Positions 11,287 to 25,560 of a stretch of DNA of 64,000 bases are shown piece by piece. A program made the translations under genes and the position numbers. Each line of letters begins with the position of its first letter. The first letter of the stretch is position 1. The notes below the pieces were generated by a model. The model was given only the letters and a program-made list of their open reading frames with translations. It ran no database searches and was not told the origin of the DNA. This stretch comes from Octopus vulgaris (taxonomy: Eukaryota): contig OX597821.1 of the NCBI GenBank assembly GCA_951406725.2, forward strand, positions 92,194,001 through 92,258,000. The letters are read 5' to 3'.

Positions 11287-11757
11287 TTAAGTTAAGTTAA
11301 GTTAATTTTTTGGCTTAAAAAGCAAAAAGAGAAGGTCATGTAGGGGGACATGGAGTTATGTACAGGGAGGGTGTTCATGCAAAGAGTTCAGGCCATTTCT
11401 GGTCAAGAGAGACTTTGAACCGAGCAGTCGTCGGCATCTTCACTATCTCGTCCGGTAGCTTATTCCACGGATCCGCAATCCGGACGGAGAAAGCCCCTCT
11501 CCTTCGATTGAGATGAAATCGTCGCAGATAGAGCTTTTCGGAATGACCCCGCAGCCGACGCTCTGGAGCAGGAGTGAAGAACAGCTCTTTCGAGAGGTTA
11601 CACTTTCCGCTTATGATGTTGTGAGCAAGAATGAGATCACCACGGCGTCGTCGTTTTTCAAGAGAATAAAGGTCGAGCGTCTTCAGCCTTTCTTCATAAG
11701 ACAAATACTTGAGACCAAGAACCATGCGGATATCCAGCTTCTGGACTCTTTCGAGAT
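11287..11757 (-). mobile_element. CR1-type LINE 3' fragment
   Basis: LSYEERLKTLDLYSLEKRRRRGDLI..LRGHSEKL..WNKLP; (TAACT)n tail. Confidence 0.9.
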
Positions 11758-12170
11758 TATATAGCTGCTATCAAGTTCAGAAAGGTGAAATTGTCCATAG
11801 ATGATGAGGAGTTGTTAATGGTAGTTGTATGAGCAAGCCAAATCACTGATAAATGAAGAAAGAATAAAGAGAAAATAAAATTAATTTTTACAGCTGTTTG
11901 AAAATCCTGGAAGAACTAGTAAATCTAGCAGGAAGGAAAATCAGGAGAAATCAGCTGAAGAGAGCAAAGCCAGAATGTATGATGTAGAAGAGTAAGGTAT
12001 CATGTGATAGAAAAGTGCCTGTCTTTCGACAGAATAGTGAAGAGAAATTAATGTAGGTGTTGGGAGTGTGTATGTGGGTTAGCAAGTTTGTTATGAAACA
12101 CAGTTGCCAAGTAAATTGGAAGTAGCAGAAGGAGAAATGTGTGTGAGTGAATGAACAAACGTGTGTACAG

Positions 12171-12214
<44 letters not shown>

Positions 12215-12783
12215 ATGCCTTCTTGCGCTTGTGTGTATATAAGTGCAACATGCACACATTATGAATGTGTATGTGGGGGGTTCTTTGTCAAACAGAAATT
12301 TGTGCAAATGTGGTCTGGTCTGGTTGATTGATAGAATATATGAAAGTGAAAGTGTTGGGATGTGGTTGCTCAGGTAACGCGTGTGATACGTAGTGATATG
12401 ATGATGATTTGTTAAAGAAGCAAGTTATGGTAGAAACCAGGAGCTATACAAATAGTACTTAATCAGATGCTGGAGAGAATAAGGGACAGAGTGAGAGACA
12501 GACAGAATGGGTGTAGAGAGAACAAAGGAAACAGGTAAGTGTATATGTGTCAGGGAGATCAAATGTGAGTACATGGTGATGATATGTGTGTGGAGAGTAG
12601 ATATGTATGGGTGTGCATGTCAATACAATGGTGCGTAGGGTTATGTATGCTGACCGTCATGGGTTATTGGGTGTGTCAAGTGGACAAGATAATAAAAGGG
12701 AGAGGTATGTATGTGAAAGTATCAAGGAGAGACGAAAAGGTGTGGGGATTCGTTAGCAGGGAGGAGTGTATGTGGAAATGGTG

Positions 12784-12945
12784 GAGTTCAAATTCCGCCG
12801 AGGTCGACTTTGCCTTTCATCCTTTCGGGGTCGATAAATTAAGTACCAGTTACGCACTGGGGTCGATGTAATCGACTTAATACCTATGTCTGTCCTTGTT
12901 TGTCCCCTCTGTGTTTAGCCCCTTGTGGGTAATAAAGAAATAGGT
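12784..12945 (+). mobile_element. SINE family B, 5'-truncated
   Basis: gagttcaaattccgccgaggtcgactttgcctttcatcc...aagaaatag. Confidence 0.8.
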
Positions 12946-12949
12946 ATTG

Positions 12950-13935
12950 GTGGGTTGAGGACACATGCATGAGTATAAGAATTAGTGGGGAGACATAATT
13001 AGTGGGGGAAGGAATGAGTGTGAGTGGTGTGCATAGGAGTAGTTTGAGAGAAGAGCAAGATGTGTATAGTCAGGAAGCAGACGCGGAGAAAAACCTTTAA
13101 ATATCGAGGAGGAAAATTTGGACTGAAAGATATGGTGGGGGGGAGAAATGAAGAGAGCAATGGGATGGTGACAGGTTGGTTGCAGCTACAAAGAAAACCA
13201 GATTATTTTGCAAGAAACGGTTGGTGGAGTGGAAGTGTTGAGAGACAGGTGACCTGTTGTCAAGCGAGATATTTCTGAGGTGTTCCATAAGCAATTTGGC
13301 AGACAGTTTGATGTAGATACTATTTCAGGAAGAACATTGGAGTGCATAAATCAGTTTTGTAGAGGAATCTTTAATGTGGAAAGTTCAGTGGCTGAAGCTG
13401 ATAAGAGTGGTAGTGTTAGAAAGAAAAGCTGCAAGGACAGGATCAAGGGGGAACCATGAAAAAGATGGCTTGCGCTGAAAGAAGAGCTATGGACAAGGAT
13501 ATTGCAATGGTAGTAGGCATGTTTAAAGAAAGTAATTGATGAAAGAGGGAAGAAGCAGGATGTGGCAGAGTCGGAGTGTTAGTAGTGGAAAAGACGGAGG
13601 ACGATGTGCTGTAAAGGCAAGTGAGTAGGGTAGTAGGTCAAGGAAAGGGGAATGTGTTGAGTGAAATTACATGTGCATGGTGTAACAGCAGATGGGGGAG
13701 GGCACATTCGATAAGAGTGGGTGGGCAAGCAAGTAAAAGGTAGGAATGAGTCATGTTTGGAGCATGCATCTTGAAGTTGTACGTACTACTGTAGAGGCAC
13801 TGGCAACAGAGGAATTCAGAATACAAGACAGAAAACTTGAAGTGGGTGAGTGCAAGGAGAATTCAAGGTAGGGCTTAGAGTTGGTGAGTTTCTAGATGAC
13901 TGAGCTGGAGAGTGCGAAAATAGTGTGGTCCAAGG
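12950..13935 (-). mobile_element. Old degraded Penelope-like element (RT thumb to GIY-YIG), probably continuing leftward
   Basis: Reverse-strand KLTNSKPYLEFS, YSEFLCCQCL and EHLRNISLDNRSPVSQHFHS resemble the 9440-10300 peptides. Confidence 0.6.
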
Positions 13936-14059
13936 CAATGTTAATATATATATACAGACACACAAACACACATACACACACACATACATATATATATGCA
14001 CATATAAATACATATATGTTTGTAAATATATATATATATATATATATATGGGGGGGGTC

Positions 14060-14145
14060 ACAAAAAAACAAGAGACGAAGACAGGTGGTGTACAAAACAA
14101 ACAGATGTATTAGTATAACGCTCAGGAATAGAAAAAGTCTTTTGT
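14060..14145 (-). mobile_element. PLE pLTR terminal fragment
   Basis: Reverse complement of about 8490-8575. Confidence 0.7.
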
Positions 14146-14276
14146 GTATATATGCAAATATGACATATATACATGAAAATGTTGCTTGCATATATATGCA
14201 TACGTCATAGATATAGGTATTCAAATAATATATACAGCTGTAAATATTTAATACATTTAATATATAAATTATCTAG

Positions 14277-14318
<42 letters not shown>

Positions 14319-15185
14319 TTATATATATAATTTATATAGATATACATATGCACACACATATATTTACCATTTATGTATAAAATATTATATAATATAATAC
14401 ATATTATATATATATATATAACTTATGATATATATATATTGTATGATTTACTTATATACATGTGATTGAATTCAATATGTATATACACACACACATGCAT
14501 ATATATAGGATATATTTGTCCCTCATTTATAAGCTATATACATACACACACACACGTATATACATACATATCTACATACATACATATATATTATATATAT
14601 GATATAAAACATACATATTCACACACATGCCCATACATACAACCGTAAAACACAGATACTAAAACTATTTCTGTTAATAGAAATCTGCTGAATCCACCTG
14701 AGAACATATAAGGTGCCATATAATCCTGGATACTTTCTTATGTTCAAAAGTGAGATATCACATAGATCTATCATTTATAACCAAGATATACATTGGCTTG
14801 TTTTATAAAAATTGTTTCCAATCTTAGAAATACTGTTTTCCTTTTTGATAGCCTTGCGATTTTCAGCCTTGTTTTCTTACTTCCTTACTGGTTTTTGTTT
14901 TAGAATTTTCTTTCTTATCATAAGAGATGCATTTACGCATTTTTGTATTTGTATATGCCATTGCTTGGAACAAACACTCACACGTATGTACACACATATG
15001 TATGTATATATGTATATGCATATATATATATGTGTGTGTGTTTATATATATATTCATATATTCGCATGTATTCATATATAAATATATATATGCATATACA
15101 TGCATGTATTCATATGTATGTATATGTATATATATTTATGTATATAGATATATATGTGTGTGTATATATGTATATATATATCTAT

Positions 15186-15246
<61 letters not shown>

Positions 15247-15836
15247 TAGATTGATAGATAGATAGATAGATGCGCACACTCACTTCCATGTATGATCCCA
15301 CTTATACACTTTTATATATCAAGGTGTGTGTGCAAGTGTGTGAAAGCTTACATATTTTACTGACGTACATAGAATAATTATATTGACTGCTTATATGACA
15401 GAAATTTTACAGGTAAATATATATTTATATATATACATAGATATATTTACATTTATGTAACTCTGTGTGTGTGTGTGTATGTGTATGTGTAAATGATTAA
15501 TAGAATTATAGATAGACATATAACCCATACATCCAAGAATATACATTCTTAAGATTCTTAAAGGAAGTGTTTCATATGCTTTCTAAGTTATATGTGAAGT
15601 TAATCTAAACTACAGTCACTGCCACCATTAAGAAAATGGTGACAGTGATTTCCAAAACCCACTAAGTTTATAGGATTCCACTGAATATTTTGTGTTTCTG
15701 TAGTTTATCTAGGTTTTTTTCAACTCGAGAGAACCCATCTCTTCTAAAGTTATAATACATATCCAATGTTCACTGTTGACTTCACTTCCAATTGTTCTTT
15801 TGCAACAGACCTTTTTAAGCTCAGAGTGCCGAATCA

Positions 15837-16003
15837 TATATAACAGGTTTCTTTCAGTTTCCGTCTACCAAATCCACTGACAAGGCTTTGGTCGGCCTGA
15901 AGCTGTAGTAGAAGACACTTACCCAAGGTGCAATGCTGTAGGACTGAACCCAGAACCATGTTGTTGGAGAGCAGACTTCTTACCACACAGCCATGACTGC
16001 ACC
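15837..16003 (-). mobile_element. SINE family A, 5' half
   Basis: Matches the head of 16662-17086. Confidence 0.75.
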
Positions 16004-16661
16004 TATACACATATCTAATCATACACATTCATGCACATACACGATACTTGTTACCTCTTCTGCGACTGTCTTCATTTTAACATCCACTTTTCAATGTCTG
16101 CATGAGTCGGATGACGTGTAAGACAGAATTCAATATCAACACTACAAACTATTAATAATAAAATATTTTTTGTCCTACTCTGATGCTATACCATATCTTA
16201 CAGTGTACCTCTATTTACATATGTTGAAACACTGGAGTGAAACATCTTGCCCAAGGATATAGCAGAATATTTCTGAGCAAAAAATGTCAATGTCGTATGC
16301 CTACAGGCTATTTTCTATTATAAATATATTACTTCATTTACAGTACTCTTGATGTTTTTACTTTAGTAACAAAATGTTTGTAATGAAAGTAAAAATATTA
16401 TTTATGAACTGTCTTCATTTTTGTTTTTTCAATAGATAGCTGTATAACCTTTATCAGTGCAATTTATCTGTTTTGACGATTGAGAATTTGTCCATGACAG
16501 ATTACAAAATAGAAACTATAACCCTTTCAGCTAGTAAAATAACATTCTACCAAACTGACCGTGTGTAACTGCTAGTTATTAAAATCTGAAATTGAAACAC
16601 TAAGTTGAAATAATATCAGTAAAATATCACTAAAAAGTTTTTTAAATTATATATAGATATA

Positions 16662-16826
16662 GGTGCAGGAGTGGCTGTGTGGTAAGTAGCTTGCTAACCA
16701 ACCACATGGTTCCGGGTTCAGTCCCACTGCATGGCATCTTGGGCAAGTGTCTCCTGCTATAGCCCCGGGCTGACCAATGCCTTGTGAGTGGATTTGGTAG
16801 ACAGAAACTGAAAGAAGCCTGTCGTA

Positions 16827-16877
<51 letters not shown>

Positions 16878-17086
16878 CTGTGTTTGTCCCCCTAGCATTG
16901 CTTGACAACCGATGCTGGTGTGTTTACGTCCCCGTCACTTAGCGGTTCGGCAAAAGAGACCGATAGAATAAGTACTGGGCTTACAAAGAATAAGTCCCGG
17001 GGTCGATTTGCTCGACTAAAGGCGGTGTTCCAGCATGGCCGCAGTCAAATGACTGAAACAAGTAAAAGAGTAAAGAGTAAAAGAGA
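16662..17086 (+). mobile_element. SINE family A, full length (tRNA-like head, CORE-like cttgggcaagtg, internal (TA)/(TG) tract, (AGAGTAA)n tail)
   Basis: A-box-like tggctgtgtgg and B-box-like ggttcagtcc; more than 10 copies in the window. Confidence 0.9.
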
Positions 17087-17369
17087 GATAATTACATATA
17101 TAATAATTTTCACATTCTAATGCATTTTATCTTAGAACTGCTGATTTCTAATTGTGGAGGGAACTTGTAGAAAGTGGAGACCCAGGAAGACATGGGACAA
17201 TGTAGTGAGAATGGATATTCAGGTTTTGAGCCTTACTGAAGTGATGACAAGGGACAAAGACATTTGCCAATTTGCAGTGCTTCAGTAGACATGTGACACT
17301 AAGTAAAATTGTGGCCATCCATAGGTCAGGCATATAGGCATATGTCCCACTCCCTCTCTCAGCCAAGAG

Positions 17370-17810
17370 GTCTTTGTCTTGCCATGTAAAAAGCACCTGA
17401 TTTGGCGTCACATATAAAGCACCCGTTTGAATGTCATGTAAAAAGCACTCGCATCAGTGTCACATAGGGAAGCACCCATGATGGTGCCATGTAAAATGCA
17501 GCCATGCGTGTGATACATAAAGGCACCCATGGTGGAGTCACATATGAGCACCCACGTTGGTGCCACGTGAAAACAACTGTCCCATGTAAAAAGTATCCTG
17601 AGCACTCTGTTATGTGGTTGGCGCTGAAAAGGGCATACAGACATAGAAACCATGCCAAAACAGACAATTAGAGTCTGGGCATCTCTCCAGCTGGCCAACT
17701 CATGCCATACCATGCAACCCATCCCAGCAAGGAAAACAGGTGTTAAATGATGATGGTGACGATGATGATGATGATGATGACGATGATGATGGTGATGATG
17801 ACGATGACAA
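17370..17810 (+). mobile_element. Degraded RTE-type 3' UTR repeat with internal tandem units and (GAT)n tail
   Basis: Repeated gtaaaaagcacc units; same tail as 54480-55322. Confidence 0.65.
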
Positions 17811-18114
17811 CATGTTATTTAATATGATGAGAAATTGGTATGTCATGATATTCATGTCCTTTTTAAAGACAACTCAAATGAAGTTGTTTTCATACTTCAT
17901 TCACTTAACGTGTTCAGCATTTTTACATAGACTTTTACATTTTTATTCTTTATTTAGATTATAGATTATCTGTACTTAAACTATATTTTCTTCTTGCAAG
18001 TGAATAACTGAATAAAAAAGAGACTAACTGATTAAATCTTGCTCATGCTTTGCAAATGATATTCCGGAATTTGAACCAAAAATATGTAAAGGTAATGCAA
18101 CGTTTTTCACATTC

Positions 18115-18507
18115 TTTTATTCTTCCATTCTTTTACCTGTCTCAGCCATTTGACTGTGGCCATGATGGAGCACTATCTTTAGTCGAACAAATCAGGCCCA
18201 GGACTAATTCTTTGTAAGCCTAGTACTTATTCTATCAGTCTCTTTTGCCAGACTGCTATGTCATGGGGACATAAACACAACAACATCGGTTATCAAGCGA
18301 TGGTGGGGGGGGGACAAACACAGACACACACATGCACACATACACATGTATATATACGACAGGCTTCCTTCAGTTTTCTTCTCCCAAATCCACTCACAAG
18401 GCTTTGGTCGGCCGGAGGCTATAGTAGAAGACACTTGCCCAAAGTGTCATGCAGTGGAACTGAACCCAGAACCATGTGGTTGGGAAGCAAGCTTCTTACC
18501 ACACCAC
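18115..18507 (-). mobile_element. SINE family A (diverged)
   Basis: Reverse-strand match to 16662-17086. Confidence 0.85.
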
Positions 18508-18865
18508 AAATTCTACATAAAGTTTTGGGTAACCAGGTATTATTTCAGAGCAACCAAAGATTTTACCAAGTACAAATATCTCCAGCACCTATTAACAGGA
18601 AAATCAGTTTTGCTAACAAAATTATGAAACAGTTCTCTCAACAACATGTCTCAACTCCTGCATTATGAGTGCAACATTATCGCTATCTCTACCACCAACA
18701 AGAATTATGTCAGCTTAGGAAATGGATCTTATCTGATATCCTAAATGAAACCACCTGAACAGTCACAAGTTTTACAAATTCACACACATATGCACATGAG
18801 GAGAATGCAGTCAGTGTTATAACTGCTCAATTAGCTAGACAAAATCATTGTCTTCTGTTTTTGTT

Positions 18866-19280
18866 TACTCTTTACTCTTTTTACTCTTTTACTTGTTTCA
18901 GTCATTTGACTGCGGCCATGCTGGAGCACCGCCTTTAGTCGAGCAAATCGACCCCGGGACTTATTTTTTGTAAGCCCAGTACTTATTCTATCGGTCTCTT
19001 TTGCCGAACCGCTAAGTGACAGGGACGTAAACACACCAGCATTGGTTGTCAAGCAATGCTAGGGGGACAAACACAGACACACAAACATATACACACACAC
19101 TTATATATACATATATAACGACAGGCTTCTTTCAGTCTCCGTCTACCAAATCCACTCACAAGGCATTGGTCGGCCCGGGGCTATAGCAGAAGACACTTGC
19201 CTAAGGTGCCACGCAGTGGGACTGAACCCGGAACCATGTGGTTGGTAAACAAGCTACTTACCACACAGCCACTCCTGCGC
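18866..19280 (-). mobile_element. SINE family A, full length
   Basis: Reverse-strand match to 16662-17086. Confidence 0.9.
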
Positions 19281-19823
19281 TGTTTATAAGAAGCTGGTGA
19301 ACTTTGGGATATTGTTCATTTCAACCAATATTCATTTATTTTTAAGGACACTTTCAATTAACAAACATTATAATCCTCTTTCTGTGACTTCAACAAGATA
19401 CATATTATTTCCTTAAGTTTTACCAAACATAAATTAAATACACATAAAATGAAGCAGGGAAATAAAAACAGATTTCTTTATAGTGAAATTTAATTCACTG
19501 CTATAATAAACAATCTGAGAATATCTGTAGCATGCGTCTCTGAAATTTATACATCGTATCGTTCTTCAGTCTTTTTCTTTTGGTAGTAGTTTTTGGTTCT
19601 TTCATGCTACTTCTGATATTACACTTCCTCATTTTATGTACCCTGTTCGACACCTTTCCTTTTGCAGTCTGCATTTATCTCCTTCTTTTGTGAAAGTGAA
19701 GCCAGTCTCATATGTAATATACCAACTGTTTCCTTTCGGTGCTTCTTTCACACCAGCAGCCTTTCATCATTGCCTTTCCTTTTATGATGCTTACACTCTC
19801 CTATTCTTACAAACACACACATA

Positions 19824-19857
<34 letters not shown>

Positions 19858-20384
19858 CAATAGATATAATCAATTATATAATATAGTAGATTCTTTGTTT
19901 TGTTTTTGTTGCTTTTTTTTCCTCCAACTATTTCATGCTAGCTGCCTTTTACCCTACTCTCATTAACTGGTTTGTGCTTCCTTCACACACACACACATGC
20001 ACCCACACACACACATAGTTTTATAATATACTACGATGATATGAGGGATTTTTCCTCTCTTGAAGAAATCAATAAATTGATAATCACGCAAGAATCAGCA
20101 AAATATTTTTACTGCCAGGAGAACTAAAAGTAAAAAAAAGAAAGAAAGAAAAAACCCAGAAAAATGCCCAGCAAGGAACCCCTAAAAATAAATGGTATTT
20201 CACAATGACTAGTTATTTTGGTTTTTGTCTTTTGAGTACTTAACCTTTTCTTTGCCATCTTCCTCTATGTATCATCTGATTTGCTATTCTTTTACTTTTT
20301 TGCAAATTGATTTGTTCTTCAATTCGTTTGTGCTTTATTTTATTTTTCTCTATATTATTATTATTATTATTGTTATCATCATCA

Positions 20385-20415
<31 letters not shown>

Positions 20416-21935
20416 TGTTATCTTTTTTCATTATTTTTTTTTTTTAGTATAATTGCGCTATTATGTTACCGATAATAATTCTATATTGACAGCAAGAAAC
20501 AGTCATTAAAAGTTCTATATGCATTTTTTTTTTCTTTTTCTGCAGGAGCAAAACAATGGAATTCATCACAAGAGGTGCAGCCAAAAGGCAAAAAAAAAAA
20601 ACCCCAAAAAAACAGGTGCAGTTATTTATCTTTTGTCTGTTTATTTTTACACATTTTTCTATATTTGTTTTTTAACATTGTTTCTGTTTTTTTATTTTTT
20701 ATAATGATGCTGAAGAGAGCATTATGAAATGAAATACACAAGGAAACATTTATTGCACACAATCCCAGCAAAGCACTGTGCCATCACCCATTCTACCTCC
20801 ATCCAATGCCAGCTTTGATCACTACAATCCACAAAAACCTCTAACTAATAAAAATAAAGCATGTCAGCAGTCAATTGTCCAATTAACAACCTTTTATCTC
20901 ACCTTGCTGATTTTTACCTTTTTTCTTTATCAGAGGTAAATGGGTATTTTTTTTCATTTTTGGGGGGTTGGTATACATTTTTTTGTGCATTTTTTGCCAG
21001 TTTTTCTTTTATTATTTATTTAAAAAGACACTTTTTTTCATGCCACACCTAATAATTTAAAAAGTAAACCCAGCAAATAACTTCCATAAAAGTTAAAATA
21101 GAAGAAATAGAATCTACAATCAGACAAATCTATATAGGTCTGTCTTCAGCCAATAATATAATAATACTATTACAGCCATAAATATATACATGTTGTAAAA
21201 AGAAAAAGAAGAGAAAAGAAAAACACAGATAAAATAGAAACAAATAACACTAAAAAGAAGACCAACCCATAAATAGAAGCAGTTCTTTAACAATGACTAT
21301 GTGCAGTCACTATTAATTATGTCAGAGAGAAAGAAAAGGTTTTCTGAAATACAGAAAAAAAGTGATGACGAGATTAGATTTTGTGTGTGCTCAGTGAATG
21401 TACATGTGTGTGTGTGTGTGAGTTAGTATATGTATTTGTGTGTGTGCATGTACTTATGTGTGTATGTTTCGGTGTGGGTGTGCATGTGCATACATGGAAA
21501 TATGTATCTATATATGTGTGTGTGTGTGTGTATGTGTGCTTCTATGTATATGTTTATGTGTATGTGTACACATGCATATATGATTGCACATGTGCATATG
21601 CATGTACAATATATGTGATGCAGGTTCGCATATATGATAGTAGATGTTCCCATGAATGCATGCGCTTTCAGGAATATTTGTGTTACTGTATTTGTGAATG
21701 CATGCTTTTGTGTATATATACATGTACATACACATACATATATACATATATATATACACGTGTATATATATATAAATATTTATATATATACACATATATA
21801 TGTATATGTATGTATATATATAAATATATATATATATTTATGTATATGTATATATTATACACACACACACATATATATATATATACACATATATATGTAT
21901 ATATATAAATATATATATATATTTATGTATGTATG

Positions 21936-21991
<56 letters not shown>

Positions 21992-22204
21992 GGGAAGGTG
22001 TATGTATATGTGGGTATATATTTGTTATGCATGCATCTAGATGTACATATACTATATGAGTTTACATATGTATTATGGGTATTTGTAAGTGTATGCAGAT
22101 TTTTATACGTGCAGTTTTACATATCAGTGAATTTGTGTGTATACCTGAAGCTATGAACGGTAATGTAAGCATATCTCCTTGAACTTGTTGCATTTTTACA
22201 CATG

Positions 22205-22717
22205 TATAAGGCAGTGCAGAAGATTTCCTGGCTTGAAGGTTATCACGAAAGGTTTGGTTGGAGGCCCAACCTTCCAAGTTCTTTAACAGGGGTTAGGAGA
22301 ACTGAAGGATCAATGCAATAAATGTGTGAATCTGAGAGGGGAATATCTTTATATATAAAAGTGAAGTTGTGTGAGTGTCTGTCTCCTACGATTTAGATTC
22401 CTAACTACTCCCACATTTTGCGGTGCAGTTTAACCAAAAGCGGGTATCTTATAGTCGTGATTCATATCGAGCCCTTCTGGGTATTAGCGCACGTCTACGA
22501 TTTTTAAAAAGATTTACCATAATTTTTTCCCATTTGTAATGCATTTTTTTGCTATTATATAAGGGAAGTAACTCTCTAAAATGCTTATATAGTTATTTCC
22601 CTTACAAACCCGAGCAACGCCGGGCGATACTGCTAGTATTGAATAAAATCGTAATTAACTGATCCTCCTGCATTTTGTTTTAACCGAAAGCCACGAACTT
22701 TTCGGCACCCCGTCATA
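22205..22717. mobile_element. Mariner-derived MITE interrupted by a Helitron
   Basis: Both halves match 3920-4133; the split falls at ggggaata|tattgaataaaatc. Confidence 0.7.
22346..22636 (+). mobile_element. Non-autonomous Helitron
   Basis: Starts TC(tttatatataaaag), subterminal hairpin cccgagcaacgccggg, ends CTAG; inserted between A and T with no TSD. Confidence 0.85.
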
Positions 22718-23612
22718 CGTGTTTGCACCTACATATGCATTTGTGCATTTCTACTGCATTTCATAAGTGTGAGTGCACGTTATGCAATAATAAATTCGTT
22801 ATTGCATAATTATGTTCATGATTGTTGGAATGAATATTTGTGTAGTGTATATTTTAAATATCTTTCTATATGTGTTTGTGTGTATGCACCTCTGTGTCAT
22901 TCTGTGCCTGCAGCTGTGTGTGCAAGTGCATGTCTGTATATAAGTAAGTGTATATAAGTTTCTGAATGATATTGTGCATGTGTCTGCATGTGTTTGTCTA
23001 TGTATATGTGTGTACGTGCATATGATTTGTATGTGTGATTGTGTTTACATGCATGACTGTGCATTTGTGTGTGTATGTGTATGTGTGTATTTCTCTCTAT
23101 GGTTATATGATTGTGGTTGTATTTTGTGTCTGTATGTTACTATATGTATGTGTGAGTGTGTGTATGTACGTGTGTGTGTTGTGTGTGTGTGTGTGTTCAT
23201 GCACATATGTGCATGTGGATGATTGAACATTCATGTCTGTGTTTCTTCCAGTGGATATGTGATTGTGATTATGCTTTGTGTCCTTGTGTATATGCATGTA
23301 TGTGCGTATATGCATGTATGCTTAAGTGTTTTTGTATGTGTGTGTGTGTGCATGTATGTGTGTGTCAGTATGTGTGCACAAGCATTTCTATGTATTTTCA
23401 TATGATTTTGTGCATGAGAAATTGATTCTAGTTGCAATGGAATGCAGAGGTTTGTGTGTGTGTCTCACACACATGTCATACATATGTGTATTTCTTTGTA
23501 TGCATCTTCTTGTATGGTTGCTTATGCTTGCCTGCGTATGCAGTATACATACACATGTTTGAGAATATGTGTAATTGTATAGATCCACATCATTTAATGC
23601 ATTGTAACTGTG

Positions 23613-23643
<31 letters not shown>

Positions 23644-23698
23644 GTGTGTGTGTATATATATGTATATATATATATGTATATATCTATATCTATATATA

Positions 23699-23731
<33 letters not shown>

Positions 23732-23756
23732 ATGTATATATATATATATGTATATA

Positions 23757-23811
<55 letters not shown>

Positions 23812-23840
23812 TTAATTATAATAAAGGGTTATTTGCAACA

Positions 23841-23871
<31 letters not shown>

Positions 23872-23883
23872 TATATGCATATG

Positions 23884-23920
<37 letters not shown>

Positions 23921-24502
23921 GTATATATATATATGTATATATATGCACACATACATATGTATGGCCAAAGAAACTCGTATATTATATATATATATATATA
24001 TATATATGCATATACATGTATGTATATACATACATGTACATATATATATATATGCATGTATATATAAGGGAGGATGTTTGCATGTGAGTGTATGTATGCA
24101 TGTGTATGCACATGCATTCATACACATGTGGCAGCTAACATGAAGCTTGCTAAATAACTGTTTCACTATTAACATTTAATACATTCTTTGATTTACCAGA
24201 GTGCTAACCATTCTCAGAAATATATACTAGGGGTTATTTGTTTTATTATATATTTTTTTCATTTATATAATTGATTTCTTTCTTTCTCTCTCTCTCCCCT
24301 CTCCTACTTTCATTTTCCCTCTCTCCCTCCCCTTCTTTTCTCTCTCTCTCTCTCTCTCTCTCTCCCTCTCTCTGATATATCCAAGTTCTGATGAAATTAG
24401 AAAAATTCTACGATCAGAGGGAGAAAAAAAAATAGAAAAAAATCTAATTATATAAAATCAAATTATAAATCTTAATAAAAGGATGCTAGAACTATGAAAC
24501 AA

Positions 24503-24547
<45 letters not shown>

Positions 24548-24596
24548 TACAACAACAACAACAAGAATAACAATAATAACAATAATAATAATAATG

Positions 24597-24639
<43 letters not shown>

Positions 24640-25164
24640 TAAAGGAACGAAGAACAGCAACAACAACAACAAAAACAAAAACTAACAAAATCAACAACAA
24701 AGAATACTAAAAAAATTCTGCAGTTAATTGGCGCCAATCTCTTGAGGTAATTATCGAAGCATTTCTTTATATTTGTTGTTACTGTCATTACAAGAACTTG
24801 ATAAACAGGAGTGGTTTAAGATTTCTACAATTGTCGATGGATGCAATGGAGTATGAGTATGCTGTGTTGGTTAACTGCCTGGTTGATTGGTTGGTTTGTT
24901 GGTCGGTTGGTACTTTGGTAACAAACTAGCCATTTGTATAAATGGAATGCTTCCATATAAGTGATTTCATATACCTCTTGTTCCTACAAGTGTTGTTTGA
25001 AAAGTTCATAGGCTAAAGAAAACACTCTCATGGAATGTGACCAAATGAGGTTTATTTTTTCAATATACTCCCCCTTGCAGCCCACGCACACTACTTCTGT
25101 CAGCGTTGCGGTGCTTAAATCTCATTAGTGAAGAAGCTTTCATCCTGTTGGTCAAAAAAGTTAT

Positions 25165-25560
25165 CAGCATTGGTTGTCAAGCAATGCTAGGGGGACAAAC
25201 ACAGACACACAAACACACACACGCATATATACATATATATACATATATACGACGGGCTTCTTTCAGTTTCCGTCTACCAAATCCACTCACAAGGCTTTGG
25301 TCGGCCCGAGGCTATAGTAGAAGACACTTGCCCAAGGTGCCACGCAGTGGGACTGAACCCGGAACCATGTGGTTGGTAAACAAGCTACTTACCACACAGC
25401 CACTCGTCCCCGTCACTTAGCGGTTCGGCAAAAGAGACCGATAGAATAAGTACTGGGCTTACAAAAGAATAAGTCCCGGGGTCGAGTTGCTCGATTAAAG
25501 GCGGTACCCCAGCATGGCCGCAGTGAAATGACTGAAACAAGTAAAAGAGAGTAAAGAGTA
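25165..25560. mobile_element. SINE family A with inverted 5' portion
   Basis: 25165-25405 is the reverse-complemented 5' part; 25406-25560 is the forward 3' part. Confidence 0.85.

Noticed and set aside
15616-15648. Short hairpin tcactgccaccatt/aatggtgacagtga
   Set aside because: Too short for a pre-miRNA and has no other support.
16642-16908. Recurrent ORF ...SFSFRLPNPLTR.WSARGYSRRHLPK... resembling a gene family
   Set aside because: Antisense translation of SINE family A.
20710-20740. CTGAAGA..GAAA match (similar at 24388, 25744, 34754, 43973)
   Set aside because: No helix I/II pairing or UH triplet in register.
21381-24175. Many long ORFs rich in YI/CV/HT dipeptides (also 41200-42050, 46965-47663, 51854-52447)
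   Set aside because: Translations of (TA)n/(TG)n/(CA)n microsatellites.
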